A stretch of 64,000 nt of DNA, from assembly GCA_964016885.1 (NCBI GenBank), contig OZ024743.1, positions 321,904,001-321,968,000 on the forward strand. Reading direction: 5' to 3'. This stretch comes from Eledone cirrhosa. Taxonomy: Eukaryota. The stretch's first letter is position 1; every line of letters begins with the position of its first letter. Made by a program: the position numbers and the translations under genes. The notes beneath the pieces are model-generated. The model was not told where the DNA came from and made no database searches. It saw only the letters and a program-made list of their open reading frames with translations. This document shows, in pieces, positions 1 to 13,951 of the stretch.

Positions 1-3000
1 AAAGCTGCACCACCACCACGACCAAAAACAACATCAACAAAAACACGGACACCAACATCAAAAGCAGCCGGATCACCACCAACACCAAAACCAATCCAAG
101 GAGAAAACGAGGAAAGCTCTCCCACTCCCCCTACCCCCCCCCCCCCCACAATTATACACATAGACAAAAAAATAAACACAAACACAGACACAGAGACACT
201 CACAGACACAGACCCTTTGTCTTCCAGCAGCGAAGATGAAGGAAAACCCAAAAGTGCAAAAAAACAGAGAAAACTCACAAAAAAAAAAAGCCCCAACAAA
301 ACACAAAAACACACACAACAAAAAATACAGACGCCACTAACGCAAACACTTCCCCAATAACATCATCACCAACAGCAACATCGACACCACCTCCACAATC
401 CCCGAAACGCAAACAACCTAAACAAACACAAGTACAAATAAACACACAAATACCTGAAATTGCAGACACTACACCTACAACAAACATAGACGTACCCGAA
501 ACAACACCACCAAAACCATCGCCACCACATTCACCAAAACGAAAACAAATAAAACCACACCAACAAAATGTTAAAAACTTCGTGCTTGTCAGAAGGGCCA
601 ACGATAAACTGATGGCCCTCTTAGCGCGAAGCGAGGACATTCAAACAGAGGGGGAGATTTTTGAAATGAGCACATTTTGCGTGCCAGAAGATTTGCTTCT
701 GGTCCGAATGATACTCAATTCCTTCAAAGAAATTCGAGAGAGCTTTCCTCAAGACGTGGGAACCACGACTGTGAAACCCATATCAAGACTTTTAAAGGGG
801 TTCCCAAAAGAAACCCCACCAACCATGGAGGTCGAACCACCCGACCTTCACAAGACCCGGGAGGTAAGTAAACCTTTCCTCTCTCTCTCTTAGCTTACCA
901 ATATGGCCATATTAAGAGTAGGAGGTTTAAATGTTCGCAGCCTGGGGTCACCCTGGAAGCAGGGTCGCCTGCTCAACGACCTCCGGTCGCCGGAAATGAA
1001 TGTGATTGCCGTAAGCGAGACCAGAATTTCCGACACGCGCGCACTAGCCCCCATTTTCGACGACTATCAGATCTTCGCATCTGTTAGCAGGCCGGGAATG
1101 GGGGGTGGGATGGCAGTGCTGTTTAGGAAAGGACTGGATCTCGAGGTAAGGTCGATCTTCCGGGACCCGGACGGTAAGTTGGTGGTCTTGGATGTGAGCA
1201 GTAGCGAAGGTGGTGCCTTTAGACTGCTGGCCGTCTACGCCCCTACAGGGGCCGGACGACCTGACTTCTTTAGGCGCCTGGAGACCTTTCTGGGTACGTC
1301 TCGCCCTTTACTGTTAGCGGGGGACTGGAATGGCATCTTGGACGCACGCTGGGATTGTGTGGGAGTAGCCGATAGGAGCAGGGGATGCAAAAGCCTCAAG
1401 CACCTACTCAGCCAGTTCCAACTGTCTGACAGGTATCGACTAGATTTCCCCAATGTGCTAGTATGGACATGGACCAACCGAATGGGGTCATCTAGATCGT
1501 ATATAGACAGGATCTTCATTAGGAAAATAGATAGAATTAGTGTGGGCTGTCCACTTTTTAAAACGGTTGCCTATTCAGACCACAAATTTGTGATCTGTAC
1601 GGTCGACCTAAATAAAATGCGTAGGTTAGGACCGGGTTACTGGAAGCTGAACATGTCATTTCCGGCACGTAAGGCTTACAGGGACCGAGTCAACAATTTA
1701 GTTAAGCAAAAGTTGACAGGGGGGATCATCAACAACAGATGGTGGGGGGCTCTCAAAAGAGAGATTAGAGTAACTTCGATAGAGTTCAGCAGAGAACTAG
1801 CGTTAGAGAAAAATAGAAAGGAGGGGGAGCTGGTAGATAAGTTAGACGAGGCTATTTATAGTGGCATCGCAACTGACGTGCTAGCGGCGAGAATGGCATT
1901 AGACCATTTCTTCAACGCCAAACACGAAGGTTGCATTGTCAGAGCTAAGGCGCGTGCGCTGAGAAACGAGGGAACTAAAGCTGTTCGATGGGCCCGCGTG
2001 GCGGAGGCGCAGCGTGGTAATAAAACCACAATTCGGTCTTTGGCGGACCGAGACGGACACGAGATAAGCGATTCCAAGCGGATGTGTGAGGCCTTTCGCC
2101 AGCTCTTTGCTCGGTTGTTCAAGGAGAGTGGCGAGTCAGAGAGAGTAGCGGATTTCAGTCCCTACCTTGACGGCTTGCCGCGCATCTCGACGGTCGACGC
2201 TGAGCGCTGCGAAAGGCCGATTACTTCAGCCGAAATTCAGGACGCCTTTGTCGGCTGCATGAGGCGCAAGTCACCCGGTTTGGATGGCCTGCCCTACGAG
2301 CTTTACGTAAATATGCCAGACTTGTTCTCCGAACTCCTCGAAGCACTCTACTGCAACTGGCAGCAGAATGGGAATATTCCCAGTTCTGTGAGCAGGGGAG
2401 TGGTGACGCTGATAAGGAAAGACGAGAACAAGTGGGATACATTAGACAACTTCAGGCCCATAACTCTGCTCAACACAGAGTTTAAGATTTTGGCCAAGGT
2501 GTTAGCAAAGAGATTGGCGCTTGTCGTCGAGGATTTGGTTGGGGAGGCGCAAACTTGCGCAATCCCAGCCAGGTCCATACACGACAATCTCCACTTCATG
2601 CGATACATCATAGAGAGGGTAGGGTGTAAACTTGGCTTCGGTGGGGCACTGATCAATTTAGATCAATCGAAAGCATTCGGTATCTGGAGTTTGTCCTCAG
2701 AGCGGCTGGCTTCGGCCCTGTCTTTCGAAGCTGGATCGTTGCAATGCACAGCGGCACACGCTCGGTGGTCAAGGTTAATGGCCACCTCTCGGAACCATTT
2801 CGGCTCTCCCGATCGGTCCGTCAAGAGTGCCCTCTCTCTTCCCTTCTGTACGTATTGACTCTCGAGCCTTTACTGCAGAAGCTGGAGCTGTTGCAGGGTA
2901 TCCCGCTCGAACCGGGACGTGGAAAGGCGGTGTCGGCTTATGCGGACGACATCACCGTGATGGTGTCGAACACCTCAGAAATCGAGGTGGTCGGCACCTT

Positions 3001-4584
3001 ACTGAAGGAATATGAAAGGTTGACAGGAGCCAAACTTAACCCGGAAAAGTCGGTGGGCTTGCAGCTCGGAACCTGGAGAGGCAGGCCCATGCCGTCCAAC
3101 AGCGTCGTGGGGCGCTGGACGGACGGACCGGTAAAGTTGCTCGGGGTTTGGTTCGGACCAGACCTCCAGGTGGAAAATAATTGAGACGAGGTAACGAGCA
3201 GAGTAGCCAGTCTCACCCAAAAATGGGCTGGGAGGAAGCTATCACTGAAAGGTCGCGCGGAGGTGGCGAATGCGTACATCGTGTCCGTCATCTAGTACCG
3301 CCTAAACGTCGTGCCTTGCCCCCGCCCGCGCCTCGTCAAGTTGGAACGGCTCCTCTTCCAATTCTTGTGGAGGGGACAAGTTCCGTTGGTGAGGCGGTCC
3401 ATCTGCTGCCAGCACCCTTTACGCGGAGGGCTGGGCATGCCGTGACTAATGATGCGCAGACATGCGTTGAGGCTGCGACATCTCCAGATATTCTGCCTCA
3501 ATGGTGAACAGGTGTGGTCGCCGTTTATCAGACGGGCCTTTCCGCAGCTCATTTCTTTGACTGAGATGCAGTCCTGGGTCAAGAAGAGACCGAATGTTGC
3601 AAGGCACTCACTGCCCTCTACCAAGTGGGCAATGCGATCAGTGGAACTTCCACTCTCGAGTTCTATAGAGGATTAGTGGTGGGCAAGTGCGATGACGCAC
3701 TCGGAGAAGCTTTGGGCCTCGACGAAGTCGAACTGACCAGTCTGTACCGGAGGACTTTTGAGCCAGGCACGATGGACAATTTCCAGAAATCCCTCGCTTG
3801 GCAGTGCTACCGGGGGCCACTGCCGGTTCGGGATAAACTCTACAGGCACGGAAGTGCTGTCAGTCGGACCTGCCCAAGATGCGCACAGAACGACGAAACC
3901 GTTCTGCACGCACTTGTCCAATGTCCGTGCATTACTGACTTGTGGAGTTATGTCGAACAGCTACTGTCGCGTGTGGAACGAATCCGGCTATCGGCCGAGT
4001 CCATAGTGAAGATCGAGCCGCCACCTTCCTTAGGTCAGGAAGAGCAGGACATTTTCCTCTCTATGGTGGCAGTTGCGAAAGAGATTATATGGTGGACCAG
4101 GTTGAAAGGACTAAAGACAGACACTTTTCACTTCGGCCAATCCCTCATCAACTTCTTCAAGTTTCACCTGGAAAGGAAGGTGAGGGTGGAGAGAGAAGTG
4201 CTGCTCCCCAGTACATTTGCTAAAAGGTGGGTGAATGTGGCGAGAATGGCTCGTGTGAATGGGCCTACTCTGACCATGCACCTATAGGCTGGCTAACTTG
4301 AGGAGAGGAGTGCTCTCCCTGGGTGCCCTAGAAGCGCAGGGTGGTTCAGGATTGGTGGGGTACCCGAATCACCCCAGGGTCGTCCACCCCCTATCGGGGA
4401 ATTTATTTTGTTAGATTTATGCATAGTTTATTTTATATTTTTATATTTTCATTGTTAAATTAGTCTTGCCATTGTGCACTTTTACTGGACCTTATTGTAA
4501 ACCCCCACTGTCCCTGTCTTTGTATTGTCCCCTACTTGTCGGCCCTTGTGGCTAATAAATGAAATCATTATTATTATTATTATT
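1..4584 (+). mobile_element. Tx1/L1-clade LINE, copy 1 (3' part of ORF1, ORF2, 3' UTR, (ATT)n tail); runs off the left edge
   Basis: ORF2 has an APE endonuclease N-terminus (LNVRSL, SET, GDWN, SYIDRIF, SDH), RT (KSPGLDG, NFRPITLLN, YADD) and a C-terminal CCHC (CPRC..ETVLHALVQC). It ends in GCTAATAAATGAAATC(ATT)n. A P/T/K-rich ORF1 tail stops at 893. Confidence 0.93.
903..4287 (+). pseudogene. Disrupted Tx1-like ORF2 (endonuclease-RT-zinc finger)
   Basis: The 651-aa ORF 903-2858 is frameshifted by a 16-bp deletion near 2679 (relative to copy 2). Stops near 3182, 3294 and 3443 and a deletion near 3592; the C-terminal frame ends TLTMHL* at 4287. Confidence 0.9.
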
Positions 4585-4793
<209 letters not shown>

Positions 4794-4807
4794 CATGCAG
4801 ACACACT

Positions 4808-5017
4808 TATTTGTTTCTACTTTTAGCACAATAAAGAGAAGAGGAAACTCGATTAAATTGTCCCTAGTACGTTTCGAGTACTTTATTTTATTGACCATGT
4901 AAGAGTGAAATATAAAGCTAACCTCTGGAGGATTTAAAGTCAGGACGTTAAGGGCCGTAACTACATGCTGCAAAACATGTTCCTCGGCGCTCTAACGACT
5001 CTACCAATCCACCACCC
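4808..5017 (-). mobile_element. Diverged SINE, family A
   Basis: Reverse-complement similarity to the family A core and head. Confidence 0.6.
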
Positions 5018-5055
5018 TTCACACACACACATACATATTAAAACTAGAAACTTAC

Positions 5056-5170
5056 CACAAGTGGCTATATATTTTTCAGTATCCACTGCGTAGATGACGT
5101 CAACAAAATCTCTTGGAGAAATTAGTCCAATACAGGCACTACTTGTGTATGTCCTCATTACCCTTAGATC
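5056..5170 (-). CDS. STARD5: Internal coding exon (115 nt) of a START-domain lipid-transfer protein, StARD4/5/6 subfamily
   Basis: Acceptor tctttgtgtttcttcag|GAT and donor GTG|gtaagt. Translates DLRVMRTYTSSACIGLISPRDFVDVIYAVDTEKYIATC; GLISPRDFVD is a START-domain signature of the StARD4/5/6 group. Its phase-0 start matches the exon at 61466-61598. The symbol is the best subfamily guess, not a proven orthology. Confidence 0.85.
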
Positions 5171-5235
5171 CTGAAGAAACACAAAGAGTAAAGGTATCCA
5201 GTCATTATTATTGCAACAGAGTAATCAGGCAGGAG

Positions 5236-5590
5236 GGGGAACGTGCTTTAGAGGTAAGGGTATTAGACTTACGATCATAATGTCGTGGGTTTGATTCCTG
5301 GGCTGGATTGTATGTTCACGTTGCTCCAGTATACTCAGCTGAAAATAGAGTACCAGCAATAGCTGGAGTTTTAACCCTGCGATGGACAGGCGTCCTGTCC
5401 AGGAGGAAGTCTTCTACGCTCAGTAGTTTTACGCCACGAAACCAGGATAAGCACCGCCCTGAGGAGCCTTCTGGCTTGAAGAAGAAGAAGAAGAAGAAGA
5501 AGAAGAAGAAGAAGAAGAAGAAGAAGAAGAAGAAGAAGAAGAAGAAGAAGAAGAAGAAGAAGAAGAAGAAGAAGAAGAAGAAGAAGAAGA
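5236..5590 (+). mobile_element. tRNA-headed SINE, family B, followed by a (GAA)n tract (about 5478-5590)
   Basis: Degenerate A/B boxes (GGGTTTGATTCC) and CCCTGCGATGGACAGGCGTCCTGTCCAGG domain; homologous to 25189-25452. Confidence 0.75.
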
Positions 5591-5789
5591 GATCTGATGG
5601 TGGGGTTATGCGGGTGGTGAGGCTGGAATTCACCTAAACGATGGTCCCTTCCTATGTTTTGTTTTGCTATTATTGTTATTGTTACATTCTACTGTTTTCC
5701 CTTTGTTTATTTCCTCGTCCCTTTATCCGATGTAACCCCAAAATGATTGGCCTTTTGCCTGAATCAGAAGACATTATTATTATCATTAT

Positions 5790-5970
5790 TTCATTTGTAA
5801 AAGAAAATAAGGGAGGAGAGGGAAGTGCTCTCTTCCCAGCAATTTGTTGAAAGATGGGTGACAAAAGTGAGCATGGCCCGAGTGAATGTCCCTTCTCTGA
5901 GTATGCACCTGTAGATTGGAGGTGGAAAACTGAGAAAGGCACTTTCCCACGTAGAAGTCTCCCCCCTATT
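5790..5970 (+). mobile_element. 3' fragment of a related Tx1 subfamily
   Basis: Translates about RKIREEREVLSSQQFVERWVTKVSMARVNVPSLSMHL*, homologous to the copy-1 ORF2 end RKVRVEREVLLPSTFAKRWVNVARMARVNGPTLTMHL*. Confidence 0.7.
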
Positions 5971-5971
5971 G

Positions 5972-8900
5972 GAGAGAGCTTTGCTCAAGACGTGGGAACC
6001 TCGAATGTGAAACCCACATCGAGACTTTTAAAGAGGTTCCCAAAAAGAAACCCCACCAACCATGGAGGTCGAACCACCCGACCTTCACAAGACCCCGGGA
6101 GGTAAGTAAACCTTACCCCTCTCTTTTAGCTTGCCAACATGGCCCTATTAAATGTTCGCGGCCTGGGGTCACCCTGGAAGCAGGGTCGCCTGCTCAACGA
6201 CCTCAGGTCGCTGGAAATGGATGTGATTGCCGTCAGCGAGACCAGAATTTCCGACACGCGCGCACTAGCCTCCATTTTCGACGAGGCCGGGAATGGGAGG
6301 TGGGGTGGCAGTGCTGTTTAGGAAAGGACTGGATCTCGAGGTAAGGTCGATTTTCCGGGACCAGGACGGTAAGTTGGTGGTCTTGGATGTGAGCAGTAGT
6401 GAAGGCGGTGCCTTTAGACTGCTGGCCATCTACGCCCCTACTGTGGCCGGACGACCGGACTTCTTTAGGCGCCTGGAGACCTTTCTGGGTACATCTCGCC
6501 CTTTACTGTTAGCGGGAGACTGGAATGGCATCTTAGACGCACGCTGGGATTGTGTGGGAGTAGCCGATAGGAGCCGGGGGTGCAAAAGCCTCAAGCACCT
6601 ACTCAGCCAGTTCCAACTGTCTGACAGGTATCGACTAGATTTCCTCAATATGCCAGTATGGACATGGACCGAACGAATGGGGTCATCTAGATCGTATATA
6701 GACAGGATCTTCATTAGAAAAATAGATAGAAATAGTGTAGGCTGCCCACTTTTTAAAACGGTCGCCTATTCAGATCACAAATTTGTGATCTGTATGGTCG
6801 ACCTTGATAAAACGCGTACGTTAGGACCGGGTTACTGGAAGCTGAACATGTCATTTCCGGCGGGTAAGGCTTACAGGGACCGAGTCAACAATTTAGTTAA
6901 GCAAAAGTTGATAGGGGGGATCATCAACAACAGATGGTGGGGGGCTCTCAAAAGAGAGATTAGAGTAACTTCGATAAAGTTCAGCAAAGAACTAACGTTA
7001 GAGAGAAAAAAATAGAAAGGAGGGGGTGCTGGTAGATACGTTAGACGAGGCTATTTGTAGTGGCATCGCAACTGACGTGCTAGCGGCGAGAATGGCATTG
7101 GACCATTTCTTCAATGCGAAACACGAAGGTTGCATTGTCAGAGCTAAGGCGCGAGCGCTGAGAAACGAGGGAACTAAAGCTGTTCGATGGGCCCGCGTGG
7201 CGGAGGCGCAGCGTGGTAATAAAACCACAATTCGGTCTTTGGCGGACCGAGACGGACACGAGATAAGCGATTCCAAGCGGATGTGTGAGGCCTTTCGCCA
7301 GCTCTTTGCTCGGTTGTTCAGGGAGAGTGGCGAGTCAGAGAGAGTAGCGGATTTCAGTCCCTACCTTGACGGCTTGCCGCGCATCTCGACGGTCGACGCT
7401 GAGCGCTGCGAAAGGCCGATTACTTCAGCCGAAATTCAGGACGCCCTTGTCGGTTGCATGAGGCGCAAGTCACCCGGTTTGGATGGCCTGCCCTACGAGC
7501 TTTACGTAAATATGCCAGACTTGTTCTCCGAACTCCTCGAAGCACTCTACTGCAACTGGCAGCGGAATGGGAATATTCCCAGTTCTGTGAGCAGGGGAGT
7601 GGTGACGCTGATAAGGAAAGACGAGAACAAGTGGGATACATTAGACAACTTCAGGCCCATAACTCTGCTCAACACAGAGTTTAAGATTTTGGCCAAGGTG
7701 TTAGCAAAGAGATTGGCGCTTGTCGTCGAGGATTTGGTTGGGGAGGCGCAAACTTGCGCAATCCCAGCCAGGTCCATACACGACAATCTCCACTTCATGC
7801 GATACATCATAGAGAGGGTAGGGTGTAAACTTGGCTTCGGTGGGGCACTGATCAATTTAGATCAATAGAAAGCATTCGATAGGGTCGACCATCGGTATCT
7901 GGAGTTTGTCCTCAAAGCAGCTGGCTTCGGCCCTGTCTTCAGAAGCTGGATTGCTGCAATGCACAGCGGCACATGCTCGGTGGTCAAGGTTAATGGCCAC
8001 CTCTCGGAACCATTTCGGCTCTCAAGATCGGTCCGTCAAGGGTTCCCTCTCTCTTCCCTTCTGTACGTATTGACTCTCGAGCCTTTACTGCGGAAGCTGG
8101 AGCTGTTGCAGGGTATCCCACTCGAACCGGGACATGGAAAGGCGGTGTCGGCTTATGCGGACGATGTCAACGTGATGGTGTTGAACACCTCAGAAATCGA
8201 GGTGGTCGGCACCTTATTGAAGGAATATGAAAGGTTGACAGGAGCCAAGCTTAACCCGGAAAGGTCGGTGGGCTTGCAGATCGGAACCTGGAGAGGCACG
8301 CCCATGCCGTCCAACAGCGTCGTGGGGTGCTGGACGGACGGACCGGTAAAGTTGCTCGGGGTTTGGTTCGGACCAGACCGCCAGGTGGAAAATAATTGGG
8401 ACGAGGTAACGAGCAAGCAGAGTAGCCAGTCTCACCCAAAAATGGGCTGGGAGGAAGCTATCACTGAAAGGTCGCGCGGAGGTGGCGAATGCGTACATCG
8501 CGTCCGTCATCTACTACCGCCTGACCGTCGTGTCTTGCCTCCGTCCGCGCCTCGTCAAGTTGTAACGGCTCCTCTTCAAATTCTTGTGGAGGGGACAAGT
8601 TCCGTTGGTGAGGCGGTCCATCTGCTGCCAGCACCCTCTACGCGGCGGGCTGGGCATGCCGTGGCTAATGATGCGCAGACATGCGTTGGGGCTACGACAT
8701 CTCCAGATATTCTGCCTAAACGGTGAACAAGTGTGGTCGCCGTTTATCAGACGGGCCTTTCTGCAGCTCATTTCTTTGACTGAGCTGCAGTGTTGGGTCA
8801 AGAAGAGACCGAGACTGGGTGACTGGCACCTGGATGTTGCCAGGCACTCACTGCCCTCTATCAAGCGAGCAATGCGATCAGTGGAACTTCCACTCTCTTG

Positions 8901-9856
8901 TTCTATAGAGGATTAGTGGTGGGCAAGTGCGATGACGCACTCGGAGAAGCTTTGGGCCTTACGAAGTCGAACTGACCAGTCTGTACCGGAGGACTTTCGA
9001 GCCGGGGACGATGGACAATTTCCAGAAATCCCTCGCTTGGCAGTGCTAGCGGGGGGGGGGGGGGGGGCACTGCCTGTTCGGGATAAACACTACAGGCACG
9101 GAAGTGCTGTCAGACGGACCTGCCCAAGATGCGCACAAAACGACGAAACCGTTCTGCACGCACTTATCCAATGTCCGTGCATTACTGACTTGTGGAGTTA
9201 TGTCGAACAGCTACTGTCGCGTGTGGAACGAATCCGGCTATCGGCAGAGACTATAGTGAAGATCGAGCCGCCGCCTTCCTTAGGTCAGGAAGAGCAGGCA
9301 ATTTTCCTCTGTCTGGTGGCAGTTGCGAAAGAGGTTGTATGGTGGACCAGATTAAAAGGACTGAAGACAGACACTTTTCTCTTCAGCCAATCCCTCATCA
9401 ACTCCTTCAAGTTTCACCTGGAAAGGAAGGTGAGGGTGGAGACAGAAGTGCTGCTCCCAGTACATTTGCTAAAAGGTGGATGAATGTGGCGAGAATGGCT
9501 CGTGTGAATGAGCCTACTCTGACCATGCGCCTATAGGCTACCTAACTTGAGGAGAGGGGTGCTCTCCCTGGGTGCCCTAGAAGCGCAGGGTGGTTCAGGA
9601 TTGGTGGGGTACCTGAGGGGGAATTTATTTTGTTATATTTATGCATAGTTTATTTTATATTTTCATATCTTCATTGTTAAATTAGTCTTGCCATTGTACA
9701 CTTTTACTCGACCTTATTGTAAACCCCCACTGTTCCTGTCTTTGTATTGTCCCCTACATGTCGGCCCTTGTGGCTAATAAATGAAATCATTATTATTATC
9801 ATCATCATCATCATCATCATCGTCATCATTATTATCATTATTATTATCATCATCAT
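5972..9856 (+). mobile_element. Tx1/L1-clade LINE, copy 2 (5'-truncated in ORF1), with (ATT)/(ATC)n tail
   Basis: Colinear and highly similar to 737-4570. ORF2 pieces at 6139-7015, 7026-7868, 7959 onward and 8932-9536 are broken by independent indels and stops. Confidence 0.93.
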
Positions 9857-10447
9857 ACGGGGTCGATAAAACAAAGTACCAGTAATGCACTGGGATAATT
9901 GCTGGTCTTGTGCCAAAAAGTAGAAACAATTATTATCATCATCATATATGCCTGGGGCGGTGGATTGGCAGGAACAGTAGGGCTTTTTATGTTCTAAGGT
10001 CAAACCCTGCGGATGTTAACTTTGCCTTTCATCCTTACAGGGTCGATAAAATAAAGTACCAGTAACTCACTGGGTTTAATTTAATCGATGTTCCATATCT
10101 CCCAAATTGCTGGCCTTGTGGCAATGTTAGAAAACATTATTGTGAATAATCCCGCCGAGGTTAACTTTGCCTTTCATCCTTACGAGGTCGATAAAATAAA
10201 GTACCAGTAATGTACTGGGTAATTGCTGGCCTTGTGCCAAAAGTATAAATAATTATTGTGAATTGGCAGTATCGGTAGAGGGTTCGACGCCATGCTTTCT
10301 AGCATAGTTACGTCCCTTTACGGTCTGAGTTCAAATCCCGCCGAGGTTAACTTTGCCTTTCATCCTTACGGGGTCGATAAAATAAAGTACCAGTAATACA
10401 CTGGGATAATTGCTGGCCTTGTGCCAAAAGTAGAAACAATTATTATA
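9857..10447 (+). mobile_element. Head-to-tail cluster of about four family A SINE copies (the last near full length, 10264-10447)
   Basis: Repeated GGGGTCGATAAAATAAAGTACCAGTAA core; B-box-like GAGTTCAAATCC at about 10327. Confidence 0.8.
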
Positions 10448-10559
10448 AGTTGTAGTGTTGTTTTTTTTTCAATTTATGTTCTTTTTTATGCCATTCCAGA
10501 TTGGTGTAATCAATTTAGGGTGTTGGCTAATATAATCTCACAGTATATAGCTGTATAAC

Positions 10560-10850
10560 TACATGTATGTATATGTGAGTGTGTCTGTATATGTATGTAT
10601 GTGTGTATGTATATGTGTGTGTGCATGTATGTGTGAGTGTGTGCGTGCATGTATGTAAGTATCTGTGTGCGTATCTGTGAATGTATGCGTGCATGTATGT
10701 AAGTATCTGTATGCGTATGTGTGAATATGTGCGTGCATGTATGTAAATATCAGTATGCGCATGTGTGAGTGTGTGCGTGAATATATGTAAATATCTATCT
10801 GCGTAAGTGTATGCGTATGTATGAGTGTACCCGCACTGTGTGTGTTGTAT
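10560..10850. repeat. Degenerate (TG/TA)-type microsatellite
   Basis: Alternating purine/pyrimidine low-complexity run. Confidence 0.85.
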
Positions 10851-11362
10851 CACTGGTGTTGTTATTAGTACTGTTACTGGGTCCGTGGAATCCCTTGTGT
10901 CACATTCATTACCACAGTATCTTTTAATTCACCCCTCTATCTTACTTCAATTCCACTTAGATCTAATAACAATATAACTATGAAAATATAACAAAGTAAA
11001 TATTTCTTAAAACAAAGAATATCCGTCTGAAATAATATTGTTGGTTAACCCCAGGTCATTTCTAATACAGCAATTAGCTTCTCATCAAAGGCATTTTTAT
11101 TTTCAGATGTAACATACCATGGATTACATTATCAAATGTTTTTAAAGACGGAAGATGGTGTTTGGAAGATATATATGGCTGCTATATCTAGCAGACCATC
11201 CGGCTACTCATATACTCCTTCGATGGATCGCCGGCCAACCTAACATATTCGGAGATAGTATACTAGGGTGAATTAATATGTGATTATAGAAATAAAAGCT
11301 CCTATAACAGTAAAACTAATAAGGTAAAAAATTATTGGTTCTTAACTGTTGGTTTATTTATA

Positions 11363-11363
11363 C

Positions 11364-11403
<40 letters not shown>

Positions 11404-11407
11404 AGGA

Positions 11408-11483
<76 letters not shown>

Positions 11484-11578
11484 AGGAAAGAAAGAAAGAA
11501 GTAAAAAAGAAAGAAGGAAGGAAAGAAAGAAAGAAGGCAAGAAAGAAGGAAAGAAAGAAGAGGAAGAAAGAAAAATAA
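11363..11578. repeat. (GAAA)n microsatellite
   Basis: Direct reading. Confidence 0.95.
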
Positions 11579-12072
11579 GCAATGCTACTGGTAATCTCCT
11601 TTGCATTGGGAAGTGTCTTTACACAGGGGAGAGAGGTTTTGCAAAACTGATAAACCTCAAGTCTGTCACGAACGATAAGTGGTAACAGCAGAGATGTAAA
11701 TATGAAAAGGGAAAAATAAGAAACATTTTCCAAACCAATTTTTGAAAATATCTGATTTGAAGCTGATTTAATAACTATAAAGATTGAAAAGTCATCTTAG
11801 CGAGTTATTACAGCGTTGTAAGTTGCCCTTAACATCTGCGATGTGAAATGCTCTGAAATATATGCTACCCAAAATTATGGTCGATTGTCCGTATACATGT
11901 TTCGCAACCATATAATATCAACTTTCATCACTTTCCGTCTATCAATTTCACAGCCAAATCTTAGGTCAACCCAAGGGTATGGTAAAGATACTCGGCCAAC
12001 ATACCATACAGTGGAATCAAACTTGAGAATTTATGTTTGTAAAGAAAACATCTTAACCCTCATCCATTCGTA

Positions 12073-12283
12073 ATTAATGGCTTCTTATATAGGCACAAGC
12101 CCAGCAATTTTGGGGGGTGGGGAAAGTCGATTAAATCGACCCTAGTGCGTGACTGGTACTTTATTTTATCGACCCCGTAAGGATGAAAGGCAAAGTTAAC
12201 CTCGACGGGATTTGAACTCAGACCGTAAAGGGACGTAACTATGCTGGAAAGCATGGTATCCGACCCTCTACCGATACTGCCAA
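12073..12283 (-). mobile_element. SINE, family A
   Basis: Reverse complement of 10264-10447. Confidence 0.85.
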
Positions 12284-12819
12284 TAATGGTATAGATTCTG
12301 TTAGGATATCAATAGGATACCTATAGGAATAGATACAAGCGCGTTCAAGAAAATAAAAATACTAGGATCTAAAAATTGATTGAGCTCATTTTAACATAAA
12401 ATTTGTCTGTCAGTTTTCCAAGATGAAACTATTTCTTTTAACGTCAAAGGGGAAATTCATAATACGTTCTTCAAAACAAGAAAATTAAAATGATGACAAA
12501 AAAAGCAAACCAAAGAAAACTGATGTATACAGGTGAACAAGGTCTGTGAAAGATTCACAGTACTACAAATATTTTTCTTATAATATTTCAAATCAGTCAT
12601 GTCCGATAGCCATTAATACATAAAGTAAACCCTAGAAACGTGCTATATGCCAAATTCAGTTGAAATATAATAACGACCGGTGACTAACTGCTCTTAACTT
12701 ATTCTTAATTTGTATTCACCTTCTTTCTACCGTCACTAGGTCTGTGCTCGGTCAATGTAATGGAATTTATTGACTTAAACAAATATAATAGATTCATATT
12801 ACACACACATATACATACA

Positions 12820-12885
<66 letters not shown>

Positions 12886-12888
<3 letters not shown>

Positions 12889-13634
12889 CCAAAAGTTTAA
12901 CAAGGTTCATTGATTAATCAATGAATAAAGTTTTACAATAGATTAGAAGCATTCAACAACGAGGTTTTCTGGAGTTATTAATATTACTTCAAAATATTAA
13001 TAAATATAGACATTCATGTGATCAAATATATTTTATTGTGCATATTTCAGAGGTACTGAGCTATTTCATCAGTACATCCTCATCAGATAAAATAAATTGA
13101 TATCTGACATACCTCAACTGTGCTGATGGTTCAAATCCAGTCTTGGCAGTGATTAGTTATGACAAAACACAATATTTATACACCATAAATTGTAACGTGA
13201 CAAACTACATATAATAAAGAGGGTACGTAGGAGAAAGTGTATACAAATATAATAATAAATATAATAAGTATATATAAAGGCAAGTAAAAAATATAAACAT
13301 ATAACTACATAACTGTTAAAAATTTAAATAATTAAATATGTAAACCTCCATATTATAGAGAGAGCTAAATAGAGGAGAGAAAGAAAGGATAGAGAGATGA
13401 TACTAAAAACAAAGAAAGTATCATCTCTCTATCCTTTCTTTCTCTCCTCTATTTAGCTCTCTCTATAATATGGAGGTTTACATATTTAATTATTTAAATT
13501 TTTAACAGTTATGTAGTTATATGTTTATATTTTTTACTTGCCTTTATATATACTTATTATATTTATTATTATATTTGTATACACTTTCTCCTACGTACCC
13601 TCTTTATTATATGTAGTTTGTCACGTTACAATTT
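12886..13634 (-). mobile_element. Penelope-like 3' remnant with an inverted copy (palindrome 13187-13634)
   Basis: 218-bp arms 13187-13404 and 13417-13634 with a 12-nt spacer. Hammerhead-like motif at 13029-13094; the element ends on (TA)n at about 12886. PLE identity is inferred from architecture, as no ORF remains. Confidence 0.6.
13029..13094 (-). ncRNA. Degenerate type-I hammerhead motif
   Basis: UAUUUUAU-CUGAUGA-GGAUGUACUGA..UCAGUACCUCU-GAAA-UAUGCA-CA-AUAAAAUA: 8-bp stem I, but U16.1 is C. Confidence 0.55.
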
Positions 13635-13838
13635 GTGACAATGTCCTCAGAAATAATTTCTGAGGACAGCATATATGTGTGTAGGTATGTATATTTCCCC
13701 TGATAGTTTGTAAAATTTTTACATAGATCTATATGATATACATACCAACAAACACATATGTATCCTAGAAACGATCGTAAAATGATGATTTTTTAATATA
13801 AGGAACTGTTTCTTTGTTTTTATTCATTGTTTTTATTA

Positions 13839-13951
<113 letters not shown>

